This document shows positions 37,693 to 48,130 of a stretch of DNA of 64,000 bases, in pieces. The stretch comes from Bacteroidia bacterium (GTDB lineage: Bacteria; Bacteroidota; Bacteroidia; AKYH767-A; OLB10): the NCBI GenBank assembly GCA_016788165.1, contig JAEUTH010000021.1:72496-136495 (forward strand). Reading direction: 5' to 3'. The first letter of the stretch is position 1; every line of letters begins with the position of its first letter. The notes below the pieces were generated by a model that searched no databases, was not told the origin of the DNA, and saw only the letters and a list, made by a program, of their open reading frames with translations. The position numbers and the translations under genes were made by a program.

Positions 37693-39023
37693 TATTTACT
37701 TAAGTAGTTTGTTTGTAAAGTTTCGAACGATGGTATATCATACTTATGCCACATATTTACAACCACACCATTCTTTAACAATACCAAACCCGGATTACTG
37801 CGGACAATGGTTTTAAGTGGTGTTTCATCAGAAGTATAAAACGGAAAAGCGGCTTGCAACTCATGGCGTAATGGGTCGGCATTCATATCGGCACCATATA
37901 CGCAGTAAAATGCAAACCCGGCTTGTTGTACTTTATTTGATAAGGGCACAATGCTGCGTTTAAATACTTCTAAGTCGGTTTCGCTTAGGTGATAAGCCAC
38001 TACCATAAATGAATAATCAGGGTCGCTTAGTAATGAATCGGTTAAATCGTTATCGGTATCACTAATAAAAAAGCCATCTATTTTAGCAGGAATGCCGGGG
38101 TCTAATATTTTTTCTTTTCTGTCAACAAATTCATACTCATCAGTTATATTACCCAGCTCATCCATTTTAAATTCTTTTTCCTGTTGTGTCTTGGTGTTTT
38201 TGTAAATAAACACAAAGTCGGTTATGGCAGGCTTTTGTGCTACACGCAATTCACGAATATTGTTACCAATTTTATAAGGTCTGAAATCAACTATAGGTAA
38301 TCCCCACAAATAATTAGAAAAACTAAACAGCAATGATATAACTGCAAAACACACGGTAAGCAGGGTAGTGGTTCGGTTTTTAAAAAGGGGTTGTATTTGT
38401 GCCACACCAATTACCAGAATAAAAATTAGTACATCTAAAACGATATCTTTCCAAAAGGTTTGGTAAGGTTGTAGTTTTATAAAATCACCGAAACAACCGC
38501 AATCAGTAACTTTCATTTTTGTTTTATCAAAGGCGCATGTCAATAAGTTATCGGTGCCGGCAATCAATCCAACATATACCAGTAATACCAAGGCTGTAAA
38601 TGCTGCAATTTTTTTTCCATGGGTTGTATGCCATTTGCAAGCTGTAACAATTATAAGCGTTACCAGTGCAACAGAGAAAAATGCAAAAAGTGCATTGGGG
38701 CAAAAGCCCGATAAATAAGTAAAGCCTGTTAATACCGTAAAAAATAACGTCATTAAAAACAGTAACCAAACTGTAAAGCGGTTAGACCAACCTATAAGTA
38801 AAGCAAAGCCTGCTATCATTTCTAAAACAATCATAATAACAGAAATACTTATTGAAAAGGTATCCATCATGTGCCAAAATGCAGGCCAACCGGTTGCTGC
38901 AAAAGCCGAGAAGTAGTCGTGCATTTTATAACTGGTGCCTAATGGGTCTATAGCTTTTACCACACCTGAAAAAATAAAGAGGCAGCCAACCAATACCCTA
39001 ATAATCTGAACTAGATATTTCAT
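37692..39023 (-). CDS. DoxX-family membrane protein fused to a C-terminal thioredoxin-like (TlpA/AhpC-fold) domain (BT_3928-like architecture)
   Basis: N-terminal 4-TM DoxX-like region (RVLVGCLFIFSGVVKAIDPLG), a further TM block, soluble C-terminal ~160 aa. Overlaps the downstream gene by 1 nt. Confidence 0.65.
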   Translation of the reverse strand: MKYLVQIIRVLVGCLFIFSGVVKAIDPLGTSYKMHDYFSAFAATGWPAFWHMMDTFSISISVIMIVLEMIAGFALLIGWSNRFTVWLLFLMTLFFTVLTGFTYLSGFCPNALFAFFSVALVTLIIVTACKWHTTHGKKIAAFTALVLLVYVGLIAGTDNLLTCAFDKTKMKVTDCGCFGDFIKLQPYQTFWKDIVLDVLIFILVIGVAQIQPLFKNRTTTLLTVCFAVISLLFSFSNYLWGLPIVDFRPYKIGNNIRELRVAQKPAITDFVFIYKNTKTQQEKEFKMDELGNITDEYEFVDRKEKILDPGIPAKIDGFFISDTDNDLTDSLLSDPDYSFMVVAYHLSETDLEVFKRSIVPLSNKVQQAGFAFYCVYGADMNADPLRHELQAAFPFYTSDETPLKTIVRSNPGLVLLKNGVVVNMWHKYDIPSFETLQTNYLSK

Positions 39024-39120
39024 GTTTTTTAAAAAATTATAAGTGGCGAATTTGCGTTAATAAATAATGCATGCAAAGTGATTAACAACATTTATAATTG
39101 CGTGATTACAAAATGAATAC

Positions 39121-39951
39121 ATGAAAAACTATTTGCTTAACTGTGGCGGCAAATTACTGAGTTTAGAAATGCCGGTTGTAATGGGTGTTATTAATATTAC
39201 CGATAACTCGTTTTACGAAGGAAGCCGGTATGTTTCACCTATCAGCGTGAAGCAGCAAATAAATAAAATGTTAAGTGAGGGTTCTTCAATTATTGATATT
39301 GGCGCTTCGTCAAGTAAGCCCGGTTCAAAATCCGTAGATGTTCAAACTGAAATGAAACATGTGCTAATGGCGCTTGAAATAGCAAAAACGTGTAACGATT
39401 CAATTCCTGTTTCAATAGATACTACACATGCAATTATAGCTGATGCTGCCTTGCGAAATGGAGCACATATTATAAATGATATTAGCGGTGGTACCAATGA
39501 AATGTATGAAGTGGTAAAAAAATATAATGCAACTTATGTTTTAATGCATATACAAGGGGTGCCGGAAACCATGCAGCAAAATCCACAATATGATGATGTA
39601 GTTGCTGAGGTGATGGACTATTTTTCTCAGAAATTAGCCCTTCTTAAAAGCTATAATATAGATGTGATTTTAGATGTAGGTTTTGGTTTCGGCAAAACGG
39701 TGGCGCACAATTATAGTTTGCTTAAATCATTACCCTGCTTTAGTATTTTTGATAAACCACTATTGGCAGGTATTTCGCGAAAATCTATGATTACACGTGT
39801 ACTTGAGGTGGCTCCAAAGGATGCATTACATGGTACAGGTGTGTTACACACTTTGGCATTAATGCAAGGTGCTTGTATTTTACGTGCACATGATGTAGCT
39901 GAAGCAAATCAATGTATTAGCCTCTACAATCAGTTTATAAAGGCCGATTAA
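39121..39951 (+). CDS. folP: Dihydropteroate synthase
   Basis: PVVMGVINITDNSFYEGSRY (pterin-binding VMGILNVTPDSFSDGG equivalent), DIGASSSKPG, GVPETMQ. Confidence 0.9.
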   Translation: MKNYLLNCGGKLLSLEMPVVMGVINITDNSFYEGSRYVSPISVKQQINKMLSEGSSIIDIGASSSKPGSKSVDVQTEMKHVLMALEIAKTCNDSIPVSIDTTHAIIADAALRNGAHIINDISGGTNEMYEVVKKYNATYVLMHIQGVPETMQQNPQYDDVVAEVMDYFSQKLALLKSYNIDVILDVGFGFGKTVAHNYSLLKSLPCFSIFDKPLLAGISRKSMITRVLEVAPKDALHGTGVLHTLALMQGACILRAHDVAEANQCISLYNQFIKAD

Positions 39952-40362
39952 TCAGGGTGTAAATACCTGACAAATTTGATGATACACTTCATCAATGGGC
40001 TCCCACAATTCGATTTTATTATTTTCTAAATCGAGTATGTGCATAAATTTGCCGTATTCAAAGGTTTCGATTTCGTCTAATACGGTTACGCCTTCATTAA
40101 TAAGTTTTTCGCGCAATGCTACTAAATCATCAACCCTAAAGTTTATCATAAATGGTTTGGTTGATGGCGCAAAATAACTGCTGTCTTTTTTAAAAACACT
40201 CCATTGTGTGTGCCCAATTTTTTTGCTGTCTGTAGTTAGCCATTGAAAGGTTGTGCCATAGGTATCGGTATTAAAACCCAAATGTTTTTGATACCAATTT
40301 TTTGCATTTTCAACATCATTACATTTTATAAAAACGCCTCCAATACCTGTAACTTTTGCCAT
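39952..40362 (-). CDS. VOC-family protein (glyoxalase/bleomycin-resistance fold)
   Basis: 136 aa; GIGGVFIKCNDVENAKNWYQKHLGF; paired beta-alpha-beta-beta-beta module. Confidence 0.8.
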   Translation of the reverse strand: MAKVTGIGGVFIKCNDVENAKNWYQKHLGFNTDTYGTTFQWLTTDSKKIGHTQWSVFKKDSSYFAPSTKPFMINFRVDDLVALREKLINEGVTVLDEIETFEYGKFMHILDLENNKIELWEPIDEVYHQICQVFTP

Positions 40363-43300
40363 TAGTTTTTTACAAATTTATGTACACTTTTTTGTGTGCC
40401 ATTATTGTGGGAAATTATAAGTTGATAAATTCCATTTCCTAATTTTTCTAAATCAATGCTAAGTAGATTTGAGCCTGCAACACATTCAGCAGTTGTTTGT
40501 AACTGTTGTTTGCCAATCATATCATATACACCAACAGTTACATTGGCATCTTGAGTTAAATCAAAACTTAAACCTAACGTACTTATTACAGGATTTGGTT
40601 GTATGCTTATGTTACCCCAAAAATTATTATAACCAAACGATTCCTTGCAATTAATAACAACTTTAAATGCATTGCTTTTTCGGGTGCAGCCATTTACATC
40701 GGTAACAATAACTATATAATTGCCGGCACTTTTTGCAACGTAGGCAGATGAAGTGGCGCCTGTAATATTTACATTGTTTTTCTTCCATTGATAAGCGTAA
40801 GTGCCCTGTGGATTTGTACAGCTTATAACCACACTATCATTACTGCAAAAAGTAAGCGGACCATCGGCAGCTATTGTATAGACAGGACTTAACAATACCT
40901 GAATGGTATTTGACTTGCCAATACAACCAGCTTGGTTTGTTTGCAATAAAAAGCTGCCCGACTGAGAAGCCGTATAGCTTGTTGCATTAGCACCACTAAT
41001 GGGTTTGCCATTTCTTTTCCAGGTAAGTAATGTGTTTGCGGTGTTGGTTCCAGTAAGTATAACACTATCGTTAAAACAAATGGGCATATTTTTATTGCTG
41101 GTAATTTGTGGAATTACGGCACGTTGTGCTATTACTTTTGTTGCAGTACCGGTACAGCCATTGATATCTGTAACACTTACACTATACGAAGCTGCTTCGT
41201 TAACCTGTTGTGTTTGTGTACCTACACCATTTATTAATGTACCGTTTTTAAACCATTTATAGGAACTGGCATTTGAAACATTGCAATCAAGGGTTGTGTT
41301 TTGAGTATTACAAATAGTATCTATTGTTGCAACAATACTGTTGTTAGCATAGCCGCCAACCGTTATTAAACCTGATTTTGTTACAGAGTCAGCCCCTTCG
41401 GGGTTTGTAACTACCAATTTTACATTATAGGTACCGGGTGTATGGTAAGTTATGGTTGGAGATTTTATATAAGAAATAGACGGAGTGCCTCCATTGGTAA
41501 TCCATTTATAGGTTGATGCAACGGTCGAACTGTCAATAAGTGTAATGCTGCTACCTTTGCAAATGGTTGTATTGCTTGTTGCAATTTTTGCTTTAGGCTT
41601 ACTGCAAGCAGGGTATAGCTTAACCGTGTCAGTATTGGATAAGCCTAATGGATCGGTTACACGTAAAATTATAGCATAATAAAATATCTCGTTGTTGCAT
41701 CCCTCAGGGTCTAAAATTGCAGAGGTTATTTTATCGTTATCAATAGGTCCGGGGTGATAGTGATTGTTGTGATTAAGTACTACTTGCCAGCCATAAGTTA
41801 ATGTTGAGTCGTGATGTTCATTATCAATTACAACAGATTCTAAATTTACTACACTTTGATAGGATGTGGCGTAATAGTCGTTGTCGTTTAAACTACTAAT
41901 TGATACTTGAGGGGGCGTGTTGTTTACAAAAATCAACATAGAGTCGGTTTTGCTTAATCCCAAACTGTCGGTTACTTTTAACGATACCCAAAACGATGAA
42001 GGTACACCGTTGGGCACAACAAAAGTATGGCCTGCAATTTTTCCGGTACTCGAGTATCCATCACCAAACTTCCATAAATAACTCAGGTTAACGCGTGTTT
42101 CAAAGTCATAGGACTTGCTGGCATTAAATACAATCGAAACAGGCGATGGGCCATATCTTTTATCCACACTTATAACAGGTACGGGTGGGTTGTTTATATA
42201 CTGGGTATAGCAAATTTTTCTAATTTCATTGGTTTGATATGCAATGTAATTAAGGCATCCATCTTTAGGATTTACTGTTACAAATGATGATTTATTCATT
42301 TCAGTATAAAAACTGTCAATGGCTAATAAGTTATTATCGGTGTCAAAGTTCATACGTTTCATCCATTGTGAACCGTAATCTAAATGAAAGTATTTGCCCT
42401 GATATTCAACAGGCATTCTGTTATCATTATACCACACACCTGCTAAAGATGCATTACCGGCAAATGACACACCCTGCACGGTGGCATTGCTATCGCCCAG
42501 GTTAATGGTTGATGCATTATTGCCTACATAGGAGCCTGTTCGGGTTTGATTGGTGTTATGCCTGTAATCAATTATGGGACGTGTATGATACCAGGTTGGA
42601 TGTTGATTAAGTGGTAAATTTGAATTACACGGGTTTACAAAAGTGTCGTTTACATCTAAGGTAGCTTGCTTTAGTAATTCTTTGTACATGAAGTATGGGC
42701 GCATGCAACTCGAACCATTATAAAGTGGGTTGGCTGCATCCAGGTTTTGTACACTTAAATTTAAGTAATCGGGGTTTGTAACCAACCCTTCAAATATGGG
42801 CCAGCCAAAATTTTCGCCACCTATTTTAGAAATATTGAGTTCTTCATAATTAAACCAACCCACATCGCCAATAAATAAAACACCGGGATCACCGGCTGTT
42901 ATATCATTACTACCACTGTTGGGTTTTATTGCCATCCTAAACGGATTTCGTAAACCGGTACACCATATTTTTGACTTAACCGAATTGGGGTTTAATGTTT
43001 CAAAGTATGGATTACTTGATAAACCTAAGCCGGTAATTGGGTCAATACGTAATACTTTACCATTATAGCTACTAAGCATTTGTGCTTTAAAAGCGCCTAC
43101 ATTATTGGCAGTGGTAAGCATGGTATCTTGCAATGCTTGATATGCAAATGAATTAACACTACTACCTGAATCAATGCCATTAAAACTGGCACCATCACCT
43201 GTAGAAATTAACAAACTGGTATCGGCACCAAAAAGCAAAGTTCCGCCACTGTGCGAAGTATGTGTTATAACAATGCCATTTTTTTTATCAGCACCAATAA

Positions 43301-43832
43301 GTATCAATTTGCTGTTTGGAACTATGGTGTTGCCCCCGGCAGCCATATCAACCGTAAATCGAACTACACGTGCTATAGTGGCACTGCCATATTCATTTTT
43401 ATTCGATTTATATGCAGGTGTACCGTAGTTTAATAAGTAATGCCTGTCAACGGTGTAAAAACAATAGATGTAACCATTGTTTAAAAAATTAGGATGCAAA
43501 GCAAAACTGTTTAGACCATGATCAACCCAATTGCCTACCTCTTCGTGTAAATCAAGTAACGGGGTTGCAGCTTTGTTACCATTTGTATCTACTATCCAAA
43601 CGTAGCCGGCTTTTTCCCATACATACAACTTTTTATTTTTATCAAAAGCAATACCTAAAGGCTGATTCCAATTATTGCTTACCAAGGCATCGTTAAAAAA
43701 AGGCGGAAGCACTTGCGCACATATTTTTTGACAGGGACTAAAAAGCAGTACTAATAGAAGTGCATTTAATTTTTTTAACCATTGTGTATTCAGATTTTTA
43801 ATTACGTAATACATCGCAAAAGTTTTATTCAA
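40362..43832 (-). CDS. Large secreted multidomain protein: PQQ-type glucose/sorbosone-dehydrogenase-like beta-propeller, PKD domain, 3 Ig-like repeats, T9SS C-terminal sorting domain (tandem paralog A, 1156 aa)
   Basis: Signal peptide. GSDH-like N-terminal block (LYVWEKAGYVWIVDTNG...GLNSFALHPNFLNNGYIYCFYT). PKD block (TYHTPGTYNVKLVVTN). Three ~76-aa repeats (C...Y.WKKNG..I.GA....Y.A..SG.Y...VTD.NGC). C terminus VGVYDMIGKQQ...GIYQLIISHNNGTQKSVHKFVKN is a Por/T9SS CTD. Confidence 0.85.
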   Translation of the reverse strand: MNKTFAMYYVIKNLNTQWLKKLNALLLVLLFSPCQKICAQVLPPFFNDALVSNNWNQPLGIAFDKNKKLYVWEKAGYVWIVDTNGNKAATPLLDLHEEVGNWVDHGLNSFALHPNFLNNGYIYCFYTVDRHYLLNYGTPAYKSNKNEYGSATIARVVRFTVDMAAGGNTIVPNSKLILIGADKKNGIVITHTSHSGGTLLFGADTSLLISTGDGASFNGIDSGSSVNSFAYQALQDTMLTTANNVGAFKAQMLSSYNGKVLRIDPITGLGLSSNPYFETLNPNSVKSKIWCTGLRNPFRMAIKPNSGSNDITAGDPGVLFIGDVGWFNYEELNISKIGGENFGWPIFEGLVTNPDYLNLSVQNLDAANPLYNGSSCMRPYFMYKELLKQATLDVNDTFVNPCNSNLPLNQHPTWYHTRPIIDYRHNTNQTRTGSYVGNNASTINLGDSNATVQGVSFAGNASLAGVWYNDNRMPVEYQGKYFHLDYGSQWMKRMNFDTDNNLLAIDSFYTEMNKSSFVTVNPKDGCLNYIAYQTNEIRKICYTQYINNPPVPVISVDKRYGPSPVSIVFNASKSYDFETRVNLSYLWKFGDGYSSTGKIAGHTFVVPNGVPSSFWVSLKVTDSLGLSKTDSMLIFVNNTPPQVSISSLNDNDYYATSYQSVVNLESVVIDNEHHDSTLTYGWQVVLNHNNHYHPGPIDNDKITSAILDPEGCNNEIFYYAIILRVTDPLGLSNTDTVKLYPACSKPKAKIATSNTTICKGSSITLIDSSTVASTYKWITNGGTPSISYIKSPTITYHTPGTYNVKLVVTNPEGADSVTKSGLITVGGYANNSIVATIDTICNTQNTTLDCNVSNASSYKWFKNGTLINGVGTQTQQVNEAASYSVSVTDINGCTGTATKVIAQRAVIPQITSNKNMPICFNDSVILTGTNTANTLLTWKRNGKPISGANATSYTASQSGSFLLQTNQAGCIGKSNTIQVLLSPVYTIAADGPLTFCSNDSVVISCTNPQGTYAYQWKKNNVNITGATSSAYVAKSAGNYIVIVTDVNGCTRKSNAFKVVINCKESFGYNNFWGNISIQPNPVISTLGLSFDLTQDANVTVGVYDMIGKQQLQTTAECVAGSNLLSIDLEKLGNGIYQLIISHNNGTQKSVHKFVKN
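40650..41350 (-). repeat. Three tandem Ig-like ~76-aa domain repeats inside the 1156-aa T9SS protein (coordinates approximate)
   Basis: Repeated Cys...YKW(F/K)KNG...GC...K pattern seen in translation at about aa 825-1057. Confidence 0.5.
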
Positions 43833-46284
43833 TTATTAGTTTACCGAATATGGTTTTATGGTTAATAATGGTTTTTATAAAGTAAATTCCAGATGCCAAA
43901 TCATTAACTGAGAATGTAACATCCGTATATTTTGGCGTAGCTGTGGTGGTCTGTTTTTTACTTAAAATTTCTTTTCCGTCAATACTTAATAACGATACGT
44001 TAACCGTACCATAACTATCGCCAAACAATCTGATAGTTGTTTGATTTTTTGCCGGATTGGGCATTGCCAACATTAATATTTTTTGGCCATCATCATTTAT
44101 TCCTGCATTGCATAAGGGATACACATCTACAAAATCAGTAGCCGATAAACCTAAAGGATCGGTTACAGTTAACGATATACGGTAAAAATAAGTTTCGCCA
44201 TCGCATCCAATCGGTGATAAAATAGTATAAGTTACCGAGTCGGCATCAATAGCTTCGGGGTGTGTATGGGCGTTATGGTATAAAGTAGTTTGCCAGGCAT
44301 ATTTTAAACTATCGTTCGGACTTTCGGCATCGCTAACGGCAGCTTGCAGTAACAAGTTAGTTTGTGCTGTTATTGAATATTGTGTACCTGTGGGTATTGA
44401 TGTAATATTTACACTTGGAGGACTATCGTTTAAATATATTTTGACATTGCTTATACCGGTGTATGATGAATCGTCAGTTACCAATAAAGATGCAGTATAT
44501 ACAGTTGGTACACCCGCAACGGCAGTGTAGGTATGGGTGGGTGTGGTTACAGTACTTGAATTTCCATCTCCAAAATTCCAACTGTATTGAAGCGGCTGGC
44601 TTTCGGGGTCGGTTGATTGGCTGCCATCAAAGTTAACTGTCAGTGGAGACGAACCATATATAGTATCTGTTACAATTACAGAAGTTGGCGGATAATTTAC
44701 CTGACCTGTATAGCAAATTTGACGGATATCGTTTTGATAGGAGATGTACATTAAACAACCATTTTTTGGGTTTTGGGTTAAAAAAACAAGTTTGCCAAAA
44801 CCAAGGGCCGTATCAAATGGTAATACTTGTTTTAGATTGTAGTTGTTATCTAAACGGAAGTTATTTATCCAGCCTGCGCCATAGTCTAAATGAAAGTAAG
44901 TGTTTTTATATGCAAACGGAAAATTGTTTCCTGTGTAATAAACACCACCTAATGATGCACTTCCATCAAACATGTCTCCAAAAACGGTACTGTTGGGATT
45001 GGCAATTTGCATAACACTGGCTGTGTTGCCTGTAAATGTTGGTATGCGTGTAATTTTTTGTCCATGTCGCCAATCTAAGTCGGGTCGGGTATGAATAGCC
45101 TTTAAGCTATCCGGAATTTGTATTGTCGAGTCGCACAAATTTGGGTAAGATATTATTCCATTGGCTGTTGGTTGTTTAAGCACATCGGCAAATGTAAAAT
45201 AGGGTTGTGTGCAAGCACCAATATTGTACAATGGGTTTGGAGCCTCTACATTGGGGATATTAGCTGACGAATATTTGTTTTCACGATTTAGTCCTTCAAA
45301 AATGGGCCACCCATAATTACCACCACCTGATTTTATAATATTAAATTCTTCCCAGGTATTCCAACCAACTTCGCCCACTAATAAAATACCGGGATTACCG
45401 GCTGTTATATCTGTACTACCGGTACCCGGTATAATGGTTATACGGTAGGGATTGCGAAAACCTAATGCATACGTTCTGGATTTTGGGGAGCGCACATCAG
45501 TTGAATCGAAAAATGGGTTGCTGTTTAATCCATTACCTGTATGTCTGTCTAAACGTAAAATTTTTCCATTTAAACTACCTTTTAAAAGCGATCGTAATGC
45601 ACCTACATTATGCCCTGCGGGTATTATACTGTCGTTTAATGCTTGTAGCCAATAAGTTGTGGGAACACTGCCCGTATCTAAATCGCCATAAGATGCGCCA
45701 TCGCTGGTAGATACTATAAGGGAAGTATCGCTGCCAAAAAGTAAAGTACCACCGGTATGTGCAGGATATAAAACCGGCACGCCTGTTTTTTTGTCCTCAC
45801 CCAATAATACCAACCTACTGTTGGGTACAATTGTATGAAAGTTGGTGCTACTATCGGCTGTATATCGTGTTAAGCGGCAAATTGTAGCTTGATATTGTTC
45901 GCTGGCAGTTGAGTCGTAAAGTGGCGTTCCAAAGTAGAGTAGGTGATGCCTGTCAACCGTATAAAAAATATAGAAATAGCCATTGTTTAAAAATTCAGGG
46001 TCTAAAACAAAACCTGTAAGGCCATTGTCGCCAAATACACCTACCTCTTCATTAATATCAAGCAGTGGTGTGGTTAACCGTACATTATTAGTATCCACAA
46101 TCCATATCCTGCCTTTTTTTTCAACTACATATTGTTGTCCGTTTTTATCAAATTCGAAACAAACTACGCTTTGCCAATTTGAAGAATATACGGTATCAAT
46201 AAATCCTACCGGTAATACTTGAGCAGTTAAAACTTTACTTTTAAAAAACAGAAATAAAATAACTATGCCAAACTTAAAACGCAT
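43825..46284 (-). CDS. Secreted GSDH-like beta-propeller + PKD + T9SS C-terminal-domain protein (tandem paralog B, 819 aa); its stop overlaps the start of paralog A by 8 nt
   Basis: The N-terminal 130 aa align closely with paralog A (QVLP..F.D......NW.Q......DKN...YV.EK.G..WIVDTN......PLLD..EEVG...D.GL..F.L.P.FLNNGY.Y.FYTVDRH.LL..GTP.Y). CTD GIYFIKTIINHKTIFGKLIIE. Confidence 0.85.
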   Translation of the reverse strand: MRFKFGIVILFLFFKSKVLTAQVLPVGFIDTVYSSNWQSVVCFEFDKNGQQYVVEKKGRIWIVDTNNVRLTTPLLDINEEVGVFGDNGLTGFVLDPEFLNNGYFYIFYTVDRHHLLYFGTPLYDSTASEQYQATICRLTRYTADSSTNFHTIVPNSRLVLLGEDKKTGVPVLYPAHTGGTLLFGSDTSLIVSTSDGASYGDLDTGSVPTTYWLQALNDSIIPAGHNVGALRSLLKGSLNGKILRLDRHTGNGLNSNPFFDSTDVRSPKSRTYALGFRNPYRITIIPGTGSTDITAGNPGILLVGEVGWNTWEEFNIIKSGGGNYGWPIFEGLNRENKYSSANIPNVEAPNPLYNIGACTQPYFTFADVLKQPTANGIISYPNLCDSTIQIPDSLKAIHTRPDLDWRHGQKITRIPTFTGNTASVMQIANPNSTVFGDMFDGSASLGGVYYTGNNFPFAYKNTYFHLDYGAGWINNFRLDNNYNLKQVLPFDTALGFGKLVFLTQNPKNGCLMYISYQNDIRQICYTGQVNYPPTSVIVTDTIYGSSPLTVNFDGSQSTDPESQPLQYSWNFGDGNSSTVTTPTHTYTAVAGVPTVYTASLLVTDDSSYTGISNVKIYLNDSPPSVNITSIPTGTQYSITAQTNLLLQAAVSDAESPNDSLKYAWQTTLYHNAHTHPEAIDADSVTYTILSPIGCDGETYFYRISLTVTDPLGLSATDFVDVYPLCNAGINDDGQKILMLAMPNPAKNQTTIRLFGDSYGTVNVSLLSIDGKEILSKKQTTTATPKYTDVTFSVNDLASGIYFIKTIINHKTIFGKLIIE

Positions 46285-46313
46285 GATTTAAAATCAGATA
46301 AAAATAACGTCAG

Positions 46314-46321
46314 CAAAAGTA
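46314..46321 (-). promoter_or_regulatory. Candidate Bacteroidota -7 promoter element TAnnTTTG (TACTTTTG on the minus strand), 30 nt upstream of the paralog-B start
   Basis: Plus-strand caaaagta at 46314-46321; no well-spaced -33 TTG found. Confidence 0.3.
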
Positions 46322-46401
46322 ACCAAAAAAGCAAGCTATACCTTTATATATCGCCTATGCGTCAATAGTTTTACATAGGATTATGTTAAAAACCATTGGA
46401 A

Positions 46402-47316
46402 TTATTCAATTACATAAGTTTTTCCTTCTTCAGCTAATTGTACTTGTTTAAAAACAGGGATTGCTTCCTGAAGTAACAGATCTAAATTTTTATAACGGGC
46501 CGAAAAGTGACCAAGTAACAGCTGTTTTACTTGCGCTTGTTTTGCTATGGAAGCAGCTTGTGCTGCCGTACTGTGAAATGTAGCTTTTGCACGTTCGATA
46601 AGTGTACTGTCAAATGTGGCTTCGTGATATAGTAGTGTTATCTGTTTAAGCTGCGGTACCATATCCGGCAGGTAACATGTGTCGCTGCAATATGCATAAC
46701 TGCGTAATGTTTTTTGTGGGATGGTTAATATATTGTTTTCTATGGTCTTTCCTTTATCGGTTACATAAGGCAAGCCATTTTTTATATCGTTATAAAACGA
46801 AATTGGAATTTTGTATTTCTTTAATGCCTTGATGTCTAAATTTTTTAAACGTTTTTTTTCACGAAACAAAAATCCGGTGCATGGTATGCGGTGACTTAAA
46901 ATAACCGTACTAATTTCTAATTCGCCATCATCATAAATTATTTGTGATTGAAAATGTTGTAATGGATGAAATACAAGTGCATACCGTAAGGTAGTGCTTG
47001 ATACTTTTAATTGCATTTCGATTATATCCATCAACTCGGGCTGACCGTACAGGTGAAGTTCTTCGGTTCGGCCATTGAGGTTCATGGTAGATATTAACCC
47101 CATTAAGCCCAAATAATGATCGCCATGTAGGTGGGATATTAAAATATGTTTAATTTTTTGATGCTTAAAATTGTAGCGCAACATTTGAATTTGAGTGCCT
47201 TCGCCACAATCAATTAAAAAAAAACGCTCGTGATAGTTTAGTATCTGAGCGCTTGGAAATCTATTAATTTGTGGCGTTGCCGAACCACAACCTAAAATAG
47301 TTACTTCAAATGTCAT
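46402..47316 (-). CDS. rnz: Ribonuclease Z (tRNA 3'-processing endonuclease, MBL fold)
   Basis: LGCGSATP...IDCGEGTQ...ISHLHGDHYLGL (HxHxDH) and C-terminal HFS motif. Confidence 0.92.
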   Translation of the reverse strand: MTFEVTILGCGSATPQINRFPSAQILNYHERFFLIDCGEGTQIQMLRYNFKHQKIKHILISHLHGDHYLGLMGLISTMNLNGRTEELHLYGQPELMDIIEMQLKVSSTTLRYALVFHPLQHFQSQIIYDDGELEISTVILSHRIPCTGFLFREKKRLKNLDIKALKKYKIPISFYNDIKNGLPYVTDKGKTIENNILTIPQKTLRSYAYCSDTCYLPDMVPQLKQITLLYHEATFDSTLIERAKATFHSTAAQAASIAKQAQVKQLLLGHFSARYKNLDLLLQEAIPVFKQVQLAEEGKTYVIE

Positions 47317-48065
47317 TAACGTTTTGAGCTTATCATTTTTCGGGTGTAGGTACTTATGCCATCAGATAAGGTGTACATGTAAATGCCCGATGGCCATTCG
47401 GCTGTTTCTAACCTGTAAATATTTTTGCCGGCCGATCCTTTAATTTGTCTCGACAAAATTTCTTTTCCTATTAAGTTAAAAAGCTTTAGCGTTACTATTT
47501 TTTCAATAGGCGATGTAAATATGATATTGGTATAATTATTAAAAGGATTTGGTTCATTTGGTAACAACGCAAATCGGTTTGTGTTAGGGTTTAAAATTCC
47601 CGATGTTGATGCAATATTAATTGTGTAATAATCTACGGTATCAATTTGTGTAATGGGTATTAAACCGGCTACCTTACCTTTTGTTGATATTATGGCGATA
47701 GGCATAAATGTGCCGGCTTGTGTGGGTGTACCTGCTAACAATACGCATCCGTTGCTACCACCTACAAATTTGCATGTAGGCGGGTTGCATGCATAACTTA
47801 ATCCGGGAGGTAAATTTGAAAAAGATAGTAAGGTTATTGAATCAATATTTACCGTAGCCTGGCCTAAGGGTGTTTGGGCAACCGTATCTAAGGGAACTTT
47901 AATTTGAATTACCTCGTTATAGGGCGTACTTACAAAACCACCTGCTAGGCCCGTTGCACTATCGGGGTATATGCCCGGGTTTACAATTGAAGTATTGGGC
48001 ACACATTGGGCCCATATATAGTTGCACAAAATTATGGCTACAAATGTTAGTATGTGTTTTTTCAT
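47316..48065 (-). CDS. Secreted protein with T9SS C-terminal sorting domain, function unknown
   Basis: Signal peptide MKKHILTFVAIILCNYIWAQ; C-terminal ~80 aa (VTLKLFNLIGKEILSRQ...GIYMYTLSDGISTYTRKMI) fits the Por_Secre_tail pattern. Confidence 0.75.
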   Translation of the reverse strand: MKKHILTFVAIILCNYIWAQCVPNTSIVNPGIYPDSATGLAGGFVSTPYNEVIQIKVPLDTVAQTPLGQATVNIDSITLLSFSNLPPGLSYACNPPTCKFVGGSNGCVLLAGTPTQAGTFMPIAIISTKGKVAGLIPITQIDTVDYYTINIASTSGILNPNTNRFALLPNEPNPFNNYTNIIFTSPIEKIVTLKLFNLIGKEILSRQIKGSAGKNIYRLETAEWPSGIYMYTLSDGISTYTRKMISSKR

Positions 48066-48130
48066 GCGAGGGCGATTTTATGGAAGGGTAATTTTAGTAA
48101 AAATTTATCCGGCACCAAGATGTAAATTTT

